This document shows positions 1 through 13,000 of a DNA stretch of 64,000 bases, piece by piece. Made by a program: the position numbers and the translations under genes. The notes beneath the pieces are model-generated. The model made no database searches. It was given only the letters and a program-made list of their open reading frames with translations, and was not told where the DNA came from. The stretch spans positions 29,918,912 to 29,982,911 of the forward strand of contig NC_092675.1 of assembly GCF_964355755.1 (NCBI RefSeq). The letters are read 5' to 3'. Source of the DNA: Antedon mediterranea. Lineage: Eukaryota; Animalia; Echinodermata. Numbering within the stretch: the first letter of the stretch is position 1; each line of letters begins with the position of its first letter.

Positions 1-199
1 GTTAATTAATGTTAATTATTTTAATAGATTGTAGTGACCCTAACTACCTTACTGTTTGTGTATGGCTGTAATATTATATTAAATGTCATCACAATTAGTA
101 AGGTTGTGAGGCTTCACAATTTCAAACAACTCTTCTTGTGTCTCTTCTTCATGTGGATGTATTAAAAAATACTGTGAGTATTGTACACTCTTTATATGA

Positions 200-1890
200 A
201 TATATCATCAATCACAATATCAAATATGATCAGTGTAGTCAAAATTTGATAACTTAGCATGAATCTTTTAATATCTACATCATCAATAATTAATATTAAT
301 ATAAATCTACATCACAATGTTGGATATGATCTTTGTAGTCAAAATTTGATAACTGAGCACGCATCTTTTAATAACTACCTTATCAATAACTATTGATGAC
401 TTGTTTAAATTACATAGACTTTCATTAGGATTTAAGGTGTTGAAAGGTTACTGTCCCCATTCTTTCAATGAGTATATTAAAACTAGTGAAAGATGTCCGG
501 GTAGGCTTTTACGTTGGAATTCGAAAGGCAATACTTTTCATAATTCTGTATTTGTTTCCTTTCCTAGACTATGGGAGCAAATACCAAATGACATAAAAGA
601 TTCACAAACAATTTCAATATTTAAGGCTGCTCTAACAAAACACTATATTTCATGTTATGTATAATTTATTTGTATTTTTCTTGTATATGGTTTTATCTTA
701 ACTGTTTGTATTGTATGGAGTGAGTGCAGAATCTGTTTGGGCTTTAGCCTATTCTCATTCCTGGTTATTTTTACATTGATGACCGAATAAATATTATTAT
801 TATTATTATTAATAATGTCCTATATCACAATGTAGGATATGATCAGTGTTAGTCATAATTTGATAACTGAGCACGCATCTTTTAATATCTACCTCATCAA
901 TAATTAATATTAATATCATATATCACATTGTTCGATATGATCAGTGAAGTCAGAATTTGATAACTGAGCACGCATCTTTTAATATATACCTTATCAATGA
1001 CTATTAATAATATCCTATATCACAATGTTGGATATGATTAGTGTAGTCATAATTTGATAACTGAGCACGCATCTTTCAATATCTATTTCATCAATAATTA
1101 TTATTAATAATTTATATCACATTGTTCGATGTGATCAGTGTAGTCATAATTTGATAACTGAGCACGCATCTTTTAATATCTACCTCATCAATAATTAATA
1201 TTAATAATCTATATCACATTGTTCGATATGATCAGTGTAGTCATAATTTGATAACTGAGCATGCATCTTTTAATATCTACCTCATCAATAATTAATATTA
1301 ATACTCTATATCGCATTGTTCAATATGATCAGTGTAGTCATAATATGATAACTGAGCATGCATCTTTTAATATCTACCTTATCAATGACTATTAATAATA
1401 TCCTATATCACAATGTTGGATATGATTAGTGTAGTCATAATTTGATAACTGAGCACGCATCTTTCAATATCTATTTCATCAATAATTATTATTAATAATT
1501 TATATCACATTGCTGGATATGATCAGTGTAGTCATAATTTGATAACTGAGCACGCATCTTTCAATATCTATTTCATCAATAATTATTATTAATAATTTAT
1601 ATCACATTGTTGGATATGATCAGTGTAGTCATAATTTGATAACTGAGCATACATCTTTAAAAATCTACCTCATTAATAATTAATATTAATAATCTATCAC
1701 ACTGTTGGATATGATCTGTTTAGTTTTTTAATATCTACCTTTTCCAAAATAATATTCTATATCACAATGTTGGATATGATCAGTGTAATCATAGTTTGAA
1801 CTACCTCAACAATAATTAATATTAATTGTCTATATACCAATATCAAATATCAGTGTAGGCCTAGTCATTTGATAACTGAGCATGCATCAT
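200..1890 (-). repeat. ~97-bp satellite array, diverged, opposite orientation to the 4270-9030 array; interrupted by a LINE fragment
   Basis: Recurrent GATATGATCAGTGTAGTCATAATTTGATAACTGAGCACGCATCTTT, the reverse complement of the unit at 4270-9030. Confidence 0.9.
401..812 (+). mobile_element. 3'-terminal fragment of a non-LTR retrotransposon (CR1/L2-group-like)
   Basis: ORF 401-664 ends in FPRLWEQIPNDIKDSQTISIFKAALTKHY, resembling the LWNxLP..IK.S.SL..FK..LK C-terminus of LINE ORF2; followed by AATAAA and a (TAT)n tail at about 786-812. Confidence 0.7.
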
Positions 1891-1919
1891 TTTATATCTG
1901 CTTCAAATATTAATATTGT

Positions 1920-3455
1920 CCTAATATAATAAGTGGTTTGAAGGATTTTTGCAGATGGCCTTTTTTGCATTGTAAAGTTTACACTTTAAAATCTGTCAAT
2001 TTATCCAAAAAAGTCAAACTTTGACCTATTTCAATAAAATCATTTCATAAGTTGTCTTCTTTTATAGTTTTAGTGATAATCAATATTAAGTGGTTTTTTA
2101 CCCCAAAAAAGTCAAACCTAGAGCTATTTTAATAAAATGATTTCATAAATTGTCTTCTTTTATAGTTCTAGTAGTGATATAATCAATATTAAGTGGTTTG
2201 GATGATGTTTGTGGGGTGTTTTTTAAAAGTTTGCACAGTTTACATGGCAAAATGTGTCAATTTATTCCTAGAGCTATTTAAATAAAATGATTTCATAATC
2301 ACCCCAAAAATGTCAAACCTACAACTATTTTAATAAAATGATTTCATAAATTGTCTTCTTTTATAGTTCTAGTAGTGGTATAATCAGTATTCAATTGTTT
2401 GAATGATGTTTGTGGGGTATTTTTTAAAGTTTGCATTAAGTTTACGCAGTTTACAGTACATGGTAAAATCTATCAATTATCCAAAATTGACATTTTTCAC
2501 CCTAAAAAATCAAACCTAGAGCTATTTCAATAAAATGATTTCATAAATTGTCCTCTTTTATAGTTCTAATAATGATATAATCAATATTAAGTGGTTTGAA
2601 TGATGTTTGTGGGTGTTTTTTTAAAGTTTGCATTAAGTTTACGCAGTTGAAATGGTGAAATCTATAAATTTATCCAAAATTGACATTTTTCACCCTAAAA
2701 AATCAAACTTAGAGCTATTTCTATTAAATTATTTCATAAATTGTCCTCTTTTATAGTTCTTGTAGTGCTATACTCAGTATTAAGTGGTTTGAATAATGTT
2801 TGTGGGGTGTTTTTTTTAAGTTTGCATTAAGTTTACGCAGTTTACATGGTAAAATCTGTAAATTTATCCAAAATTGACATTTTTGACCCAAAAAATTCAA
2901 ACCTAGAGCTATTTCAATAAAATTATTTCATAAATTGTCCTCTTTTATAGTTCTTGTAGTGGTATAATCAATATTAAGTGGTTTAGATGATGTTTGTGGG
3001 GTGTTTTTTTTTAAGTTTGCACAGTTCACATGGTAAAATCTGTCAATTTATCCAAAATTGACGTTTTCACTCCAAAAAAGTCAAACCTAGAGCTATTTCA
3101 ATAACATTATTTCATAAATTGTCTTCTTTTATAGTTCTAGTAGTGCTATAATCAGTATTCAATTGTTTGAATGATGTTTGTGGGGTATTTTTTAAAGTTT
3201 GCATCAAGTTTACGCAGTTTAAATGGTAAAATCTGTCAATTTATCCAAAAATTGATATTTTTCACCCTAAAAAATCAAACCTAGAGCTATTTCAATAAAA
3301 TGATTTCATAAATTTTCCTCTTTTATAGTTCTTGTAGTGGTATAATCAATATTAAGTTGTTTGGATGATGTTTGTGGGTGTTTTTTTAAAGTTTGCATTA
3401 CGTTTACACAGTTTAAATGGTAAAATCTGTAAATTTATCCAAAATTGACATTTTA
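1920..3455. repeat. ~185-195-bp tandem repeat, about 8 diverged copies
   Basis: CAAACCTAGAGCTATTTCAATAAAATGATTTCATAAATTGTC recurs near 2115, 2510, 2705, 2900, 3085 and 3278. Confidence 0.9.
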
Positions 3456-3529
3456 AAACACGAACTAGGTTGTAAAAAGTGAAGGAAGTCATTATATTTT
3501 ATTATTGTTTGGTCTACCCATAGTTATAG

Positions 3530-3559
3530 CAGGGAAGAGTTAAATTTAACTCTTCCCTG
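3530..3559. mobile_element. Probable P-superfamily transposon excision footprint
   Basis: Perfect 30-bp palindrome CAGGGAAGAGTTAAATTTAACTCTTCCCTG flanked by the 7-bp direct repeat GTTATAG (3523-3529, 3560-3566). Confidence 0.65.
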
Positions 3560-4269
3560 GTTATAGGTAATAAAGGATGCCTATCATAGTCAAATGGCAA
3601 TAACTGATTAGCCGAGACCAATGACATTTAAAACAACTCCTACTTAAAATTCCCTACTTATACAGTACAGCAGCTTTTTGATTGGCTGCAAGTTTAGTTT
3701 TCTGTTCGTTCATCAGAAATGGTATACATAATTATTATTCAATAAGATTACTGGATTTCTTTAGTATTTCTGACACATTTCCAATCTTAATTGAATTATT
3801 AATGTAATGGAAATTTGTCATAGGCCTATTATAGCAACATATCATTTCTGGAAGAGTATTACGGTCTGTATAGATCGATGTTAAAACACACGTCCTCATT
3901 TATCAAATAATTCATTCACTGCACATTTATTCTGTTAAGAAGAACTGGGACCCTCAATAGAAGCCAAAGCATGTCTCATGATGGCCTCTACAATACATAT
4001 CAAACATAAAAAGATATGGAATATTTTTATTTTTACAACGGCACACGTTCATCATAAACGATGCGTTCTTAAAAGTATAAATTTAAACAGCAAACGGATA
4101 CAAATCAATAGGGTAATTAGGAACAAAAGAATAACACATTTTCAAAACCCATCGACTCGATCTCTTGTATACAGTAAATCTAACAAAATCACACTGATCA
4201 TATCCAAAATTAAGTATTAATAATTATTATTGATTTGGTAGATAATAAAAGATGCGTTATATCAATTTA

Positions 4270-7200
4270 TGAATACACAGATCATATCCAACAATGTGAT
4301 ATAGATTATTAATAATAATTTTTGATGAGGTAGATATTTAAAGATGCGTGCTCAGTTATCAAATTATGACTACATTGATCATATCCAACAATGTTATATA
4401 TGATATTAATATAAATTATTAATGAGGTAGATATTAAAAAATACGTGCTCAGTTATCAAATTATGACTACACTGATCATATCCAACAATGTGATATATGA
4501 TATTAATATTAATTAATGATGAGGTAGATATTGAAAGATACGTGATCAGTTATCAAATGACGACTACACTGATCATATCCAACAATGTGATATATGATAT
4601 TAATATAAATTATTGATGACGTAGATATTAAAAGATGCGTGCTCAGTTATCAAATTCTGACTACACTGATCATATCCAACAATGTGATATATGATATTAA
4701 TATAAATTATTAATGAGGTAGATATTAAAAGATGCGTGCTCAGTTATCAAATTCTGACTACACTGATCATATCCAACAATGTGATATATGATATTAATAT
4801 AAATTATTAATGAGGTAGATATTGAAAGATGCGTGCTCAGTTATCAAATTCTGACTACACTGATCATATCCAACAATGTGATATATGATATTAATATAAA
4901 TTATTATTGAGGTAGATATTAAAAGATACGTGCTCAGTTATCAAATTCTGACTACACTGATCATATCCAACAATGTGATATATGATATTAATATAAATTA
5001 TTAATGAGGTAGATATTTAAAGATGCGTGCTCAGTTATCAAATTACGACTACACTGATCATATCCAACAATGTGTATGTAGATTATTAATGATGTGGTAG
5101 ATATTAAAAGATACGTGCTCAGTTATCAAATTCTGACTACACTGATCATATCCAACAATGTGATATATGATATTAATATTAATTAATGATGTGGTAGATA
5201 TTTAAAGATGCGTGCTCAGTTATCAAATTATGACTACACTGATCATATCCAACAATGTTATATATGATATTAATATAAATTATTATTGAGGTAGATATTG
5301 AAAGATGCGTGCTCAGTTATCAAATTCTGACTACACTGATCATATCCAACAATGTTATATATGATATTAATATAAATTATTATTGAGGTAGATATTGAAA
5401 GATGCGTGCTCAGTTATCAAATTCTGACTACACTGATCATATCCAACAATGTGATATATGATATTAATATAAATTATTATTGAGGTAGATATTGAAAGAT
5501 GCGTGCTCAGTTATCAAATTATGACTACACTGATCATATCCAACAATGTGATATATGATATTAATATAAATTATTAATGAGGTAGATATTGAAAGATGCG
5601 TGCTCAGTTATCAAATTCTGACTACACTGATCATATCCAACAATGTGATATATGATATTAATATAAATTATTAATGAGGTAGATATTAAAAGATGCGTGC
5701 TCAGTTATCAAATTCTGACTACACTGATCATATCCAACAATGTGATATATGATATTAATATAAATTATTAATGAGGTAGATATTGAAAGATGCGTGCTCA
5801 GTTATCAAATTCTGACTACACTGATCATATCCAACAATGTGATATATGATATTAATATAAATTATTATTGAGGTAGATATTAAAAGATACGTGCTCAGTT
5901 ATCAAATTCTGACTACACTGATCATATCCAACAATGTGATATATGATATTAATATAAATTATTAATGAGGTAGATATTGAAAGATGCGTGCTCAATTATC
6001 AAATTCTGACTACACTGATCATATCCAACAATGTGATATATGATATTAATATAAATTATTAATGAGGTAGATATTAAAAGATGCGTGCTCAGTTATCAAA
6101 TTCTGACTACACTGATCATATCCAACAATGTGATATATGATATTAATATAAATTATTAATGAGGTAGATATTGAAAGATGCGTGCTCAGTTATCAAATTC
6201 TGACTACACTGATCATATCCAACAATGTGATATATGATATTAATATTAATTAATGATGTGGTAGATATTTAAAGATGCGTGCTCAGTTATCAAATTATGA
6301 CTACACTGATCATATCCAACAATGTTATATATGATATTAATATAAATTATTATTGAGGTAGATATTGAAAGATGCGTGCTCAGTTATCAAATTCTGACTA
6401 CACTGATCATATCCAACAATGTTATATATGATATTAATATAAATTATTATTGAGGTAGATATTGAAAGATGCGTGCTCAGTTATCAAATTCTGACTACAC
6501 TGATCATATCCAACAATGTGATATATGATATTAATATAAATTATTATTGAGGTAGATATTGAAAGATGCGTGCTCAGTTATCAAATTATGACTACACTGA
6601 TCATATCCAACAATGTGATATATGATATTAATATAAATTATTAATGAGGTAGATATTGAAAGATGCGTGCTCAGTTATCAAATGACGACTACACGGATCA
6701 TATCCAACAATGTGATATATGATATTAATATAAATTATTAATGAGGTAGATATTGAAAGATGCGTGCTCAGTTATCAAATTCTGACTACACTGATCATAT
6801 CCAACAATGTGATATATGATATTAATATAAATTATTAATGAGGTAGATATTAAAAGATGCGTGCTCAGTTATCAAATTCTGACTACACTGATCATATCCA
6901 ACAATGTGATATATGATATTAATATAAATTATTAATGAGGTAGATATTGAAAGATGCGTGCTCAGTTATCAAATTCTGACTACACTGATCATATCCAACA
7001 ATGTGATATATGATATTAATATAAATTATTAATGAGGTAGATATTGAAAGATGCGTGCTCAGTTATCAAATTCTGACTACACTGATCATATCCAACAATG
7101 TGATATATGATATTAATATTAATTAATGATGTGGTAGATATTTAAAGATGCGTGCTCAGTTATCAAATTATGACTACACTGATCATATCCAACAATGTTA

Positions 7201-9030
7201 TATATGATATTAATATAAATTATTATTGAGGTAGATATTGAAAGATGCGTGCTCAGTTATCAAATTCTGATTACACTGATCATATCCAACAATGTTATAT
7301 ATGATATTAATATAAATTATTATTGAGGTAGATATTGAAAGATGCGTGCTCAGTTATCAAATTCTGACTACACTGATCATATCCAACAATGTGATATATG
7401 ATATTAATATAAATTATTATTGAGGTAGATATTGAAAGATGCGTGCTCAGTTATCAAATTATGACTACACTGATCATATCCAACAATGTGATATATGATA
7501 TTAATATAAATTATTAATGAGGTAGATATTGAAAGATGCGTGCTCAGTTATCAAATGACGACTACACGGATCATATCCAACAATGTGATATATGATATTA
7601 ATATAAATTATTAATGAGGTAGATATTGAAAGATGCGTGCTCAGTTATCAAATTCTGACTACACTGATCATATCCAACAATGTGATATATGATATTAATA
7701 TAAATTATTAATGAGGTAGATATTAAAAGATGCGTGCTCAGTTATCAAATTCTGACTACACTGATCATATCCAACAATGTGATATATGATATTAATATAA
7801 ATTATTAATGAGGTAGATATTGAAAGATGCGTGCTCAGTTATCAAATTCTGACTACACTGATCATATCCAACAATGTGATATATGATATTAATATAAATT
7901 ATTATTGAGGTAGATATTAAAAGATACGTGCTCAGTTATCAAATTCTGACTACACTGATCATATCCAACAATGTGATATATGATATTAATATAAATTATT
8001 AATGAGGTAGATATTGAAAGATGCGTGCTCAATTATCAAATTCTGACTACACTGATCATATCCAACAATGTGATATATGATATTAATATAAATTATTAAT
8101 GAGGTAGATATTAAAAGATGCGTGCTCAGTTATCAAATTCTGACTACACTGATCATATCCAACAATGTGATATATGATATTAATATAAATTATTAATGAG
8201 GTAGATATTGAAAGATGCGTGCTCAGTTATCAAATTCTGACTACACTGATCATATCCAACAATGTGATATATGATATTAATATAAATTATTATTGAGGTA
8301 GATATTAAAAGATACGTGCTCAGTTATCAAATTCTGACTACACTGATCATATCCAACAATGTGATATATGATATTAATATAAATTATTAATGAGGTAGAT
8401 ATTTAAAGATGCGTGCTCAGTTATCAAATTACGACTACACTGATCATATCCAACAATGTGATATATGATATTAATATAAATTATTATTGAGGTAGATATT
8501 AAAAGATACGTGCTCAGTTATCAAATTCTGACTACACTGATCATATCCAACAATGTGATATATGATATTAATATAAATTATTAATGAGGTAGATATTTAA
8601 AGATGCGTGCTCAGTTATCAAATTACGACTACACTGATCATATCCAACAATGTGATATAGATTATTTATATTAATTTTGATGCGGTAGATATTTAAAGAT
8701 GCGTGCTCAGTTATCAAATGACGACTACACTGATCATATCCAACAATGTGATATAGATTATTAATAATAATTATTGATGATGTAGATATTAAAAGATACG
8801 TGCTCAGTTATCAAATTATGACTACACTGATCATATCCAACAATGTGATATATGATATTAATATTAAAATTGATGACGTAGATTCTAAAAGATGCGTGCT
8901 CAGTTATCAAATTATGACTACACTCATCATATTCAACAACGTGATATAGATTATTAATAATAATTATTGATGAGGTAGATGTGAGATGCGTGCTCAGTTA
9001 TCAAATTGTAACTACACTGATCATAATACT
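4270..9030 (+). repeat. 97-bp satellite array, about 49 highly homogeneous copies with higher-order structure
   Basis: GATCATATCC at 4571, 4668 and 4765 (period 97); diagnostic variants recur at 873 bp (9 units) and 1067 bp (11 units). Confidence 0.97.
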
Positions 9031-9334
9031 GTACACATAGTCCTTATGCAATTAGACATTGATTTAGTAGTACTACATATCATTTGTTAAATTAAGAATG
9101 TTGTTTCTGTGTTATTAAAAAACTTATTGAAATTTTTTAAAGTAAAAATATCAGTATTGATACCTATAAATTTGTATATCATAATAACATGCTTGATATT
9201 ATAATAATGTGTTCTTTATTACAACTAAGAAACAATTATGTACGAGGATTATACACACTGATAGCTCTCAGTTATCAAAAAACGACTACACAATATAGCT
9301 CTTTAAGGTCAACAATATGACCCTATTATTATAG

Positions 9335-9403
9335 CTAGCAACCAATCAGATTCAAGAAGTTACTTTTCGTGATCATGCGCTGTGACATCGTTCTTAGCAA
9401 CAG
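9335..9403 (+). promoter_or_regulatory. Putative promoter module of the C2orf81-like gene: RFX (X-box-like) half sites, CCAAT box, CRE-like site
   Basis: CTAGCAAC overlapping CCAATCAG (9335-9349), TGACATC (~9383), GTTCTTAGCAACAG (9390-9403); about 500 bp upstream of the ATG exon, with a candidate donor GTAAGT at ~9555. Confidence 0.45.
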
Positions 9404-9918
9404 CAAAGATACGTCTAAACAAGACGAAAGTGATAAAATATCATTACAATGTACCAAAGTTAAAAAACTAAAATATGTAACACTTTTTAAATAATAGGTT
9501 TGTATGATTTATAATATTCGATTTTGTATTATAATGTGAAGATAATAATAAATAGTAAGTCTTTGAAAGGTCTAGTTTAGTAGGCTAGGCCATTCACAGT
9601 GCAGACACGGTGGTAGCAGAAGGGGTAGAAGAGCCACCAAGTGAGCAGGGAGGGAGTTTGCGGATTGAGTGTTGAGAGAGTGTAGTTATGCGGATGCTTG
9701 AAACAAACTAGGCCTACTACTAAAAGAATACTAGGCCTAGTAATCGTGTTAAATATAAGCCTAAAAGTAAGGCGTAGTAGGACTAGGCTAGACTAGGCCT
9801 AGGCCTAATAAATAGTAAATAAAAATGTTAAAAAACACAAAAATGAATTACTTAGTTAGGCCTAGCTTACTGAGAGTGAACATTGAAAAAAAGCTTTTTT
9901 TGGTTTTCAGATCTAAAC

Positions 9919-10055
9919 ATGTCACGTTCAACAATGTCAAAGTCCCGTTCGGACAAGAGTAAAGAAAAAGAAAAGGACCGTGGTGGTAGCACTTCAGTAC
10001 CGGTACCAGCAGTCAACACTGACGTCATTCCAGGTCGCTTTACGGAAAATGATTG
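9919..10055 (+). CDS. C2orf81: C2orf81-like coding exon 1 (MSRSTMSKSRS...PGRFTENDW)
   Basis: TTTTCAG acceptor ends at 9910, ATG at 9919, donor GT at 10056. Confidence 0.85.
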
Positions 10056-13000
10056 GTGTGTTTGTCTATTACTATATATTTGTTTTTAAATGCAACTATA
10101 TATTCTCTACAATTCATTCACTTTATTTAAGGCATTCACATTATTTTAGGCATATATAGTTACTACATCATGTGCCAAATACAAAGGCATACATATTATT
10201 AGACACATAGAGACATAACTCGTCGTAAAAGAATACAAAAATTATCTTGGAAACATAATCTATTATTATAGATACATTTAAATACCTTAAAATAAATACT
10301 TTTGAAAACATACAATATATTGCAACATTTATTGCTTTCCCCATCATACATATCAATTCACATTATTGAAATATTTTATTGATATACTGATTGATAAAAT
10401 TGTACTATTAATATAACAGTAGGAAATTCTTTATAATACAGTTTTTAAAAAAACACCACTTGATGCAGAAAAAGTATTTTTAATTATTACCATCAGACTT
10501 AAATATGTATTGTTTACTAAGCACTACTAAAAAATACTTACACATTATCTCTGAATTTTTGCTCGTTATTTTTTAGGCATGGGCTGGTTGATAATGAAAA
10601 CAGTGAGGACTTTGTAGTGGATATTGTTGGTGATATTGTGGATTCTGCATTAAATGTTATATATGATAATTACATACAAAAACAACTGTTTCCTTATACA
10701 GTGTCACAGGCAAAGGAGGCCATTTTACAGGTCATTGAGGTCAGCTCAAACAATATTCATTATATTTTATATTATATGTGAATCATACTTCAGTATTATT
10801 TTAATGTTGTCATTAGTATTAATTTTATTCTATAGTAAAAGAACATACTGTAATGAATGGAGTTATACTGAAGAATAAGCCTTGTCTACACTATCAAACT
10901 TTATGTGGAAAAAATGAAAATGTGATGTGACCATATATGGACATGATGATGTCATATCACTACCATATTTGGGAATATCACTACCAGATTTGGGCACATC
11001 ACACTTCTGTTGTTAAACTAGTTGAATAGTGTAGACAGAGCTTAATACTGGCAATCTCTTGTTACTGGTGACACACAGAGTATCCGATTCAGTATGCAGC
11101 TTTAGCTTTTCTTTCTTTATTCTGGATTGACAATCCTCTCTACTGACTGCTGTCTGGATCTCCTACTCCATCAAAAAATCTGTTTACTGTTTGTTAATGA
11201 ATATATTCTCTTTTTTTTTACAGTGGCAATTTTTAGCAAGAGATGAAGGAGAAGATGATCCAGAGACAGATCCAACATGGTTGGAAGAAGATGGTAAGTG
11301 TTGCCCTAACATTTTATTTATTAAGGCTTGTTCTACTGCCAGAACCATGGAGTGATGTTATGGCTATAAGTACAGTTCTACTGTCTTAACCACTCAGCCA
11401 CTCTACTTGCTTGAAAGGCACAGTAATCTATTACTCATTATATATTGGGATTTATCCAAACCTAAGCTATAAAATGTATTCTACAGTATCTCTAATCCCG
11501 TATTTTCTACAAGCAACTGATTCCTGTATTGTGATAATTTTGTTCTAGTTTAACAAATATTCAACTATATTTAAATTTAGAATAATTGACAATTGATTTG
11601 ACAGATGATTTCGGCATATTGTTTATAGAATTTTATGCAATTCTATGTAATCATTATAATCTCTTGCTAATGAATTTTTTGTTTCAGAACCATTGCCATG
11701 CGCTCACGATGCATGGGCTCAGGGATCGGTACCAAGGCATCAACACCTCCCTCTTTCTCCAACAATATCCGAAGCAGATACAGAGTTAACGGTAGTCACA
11801 CCATTATCACAACATGAGATTATGGACGATGATTTGGCTACTTTTAATGACACTGCTACACTTGACGAACAAGAAGAAATGGAGGGAAGCACTGAAATGG
11901 AGGGAAGCACTGAAAATAAAAAAGAGGAAAAGAAGAACAATAATATATCAACATCAGTATGTATTTCTTAATTCTATTTTTTCCTTCCCCTAGTAGAACA
12001 TGGGAACCGATACCAAGTGACCAACAATTTTAATATTTAGAGGTATTCTATTCTAAGCAGTTTCATCATGTATTGAATTGAATTGAAATTTATATTTATA
12101 CTGGGTAACCTCTTCAGTCAAAGACTGGTCTCCCAGAGGGCCCAGTTGGTGATCAGTGGCTGTGATGTACTAATACACCGGGGTAACCCCCTACTCGTCT
12201 CAAAAGATGTACTAGGTTCTTTAAAGTGCACACGTGTAGTGATATATGAGTACAGAATCTGTTTAAGCTTTAGCCATTCTCACTCATTCAAATTGTTATT
12301 AGCACCTGACCAAATTATTCAGTGGATATGAGCACTCACTTGCTAAACCCAGGAGCTTGAGGGGCCCAGATCATGAACAGCCCACTGCAACTACCCAGCG
12401 TTGGAGGGCCCCCTTAGGAGTGCTAAACCATGGGCCTCTGCCTTCTGCGTTACGCCACTGATACCATTATATAATGTTTGGTTTGTTCATTGTAATAGAA
12501 CTTATATGTTGCTTATTTTTAATGTGTATTTTAGAAAGAGAAATTACCAATGAAAACAAAACCTAAATTTAAACCATACAAAGGGCGTTTAAAATCAGCT
12601 CCTCTAAAGAATGTGGAATCATTAGAAGATACAGAGAAAGCACTTGAGTTGGAAGAGAACCCCTCACCTCCACAACCTGACCAGAAGGATGTGATGCAGC
12701 ACATGCCATCCTCTTGTCATTCCATTCTTAAGGTACTGCCATTATTCAATTCTTTGATTTTTTTCATCACACTGTTTTATAAATTTACACAGCGTATTTA
12801 TCTCAGTAATTAATTATTTAGATTTTCTTAAAATAAAAATAAATAAAAAACTAAAGTTTATATTTGATTTAGGTTGAAATACTTTAAAGAAACCTTTGGA
12901 ACCCAAAAAAGTCTGTTTCCCTTTAATAGGAGTGTCCCCTGAATAGAGGTTGGCTATATTGTTAAAACATGTACTGTGGTTTCACAGGAAAATGTCCGCC

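Noticed and set aside
401-664. 87-aa ORF as a host gene
   Set aside because: Matches the pattern of a LINE ORF2 C-terminus with a tail, inserted in satellite DNA
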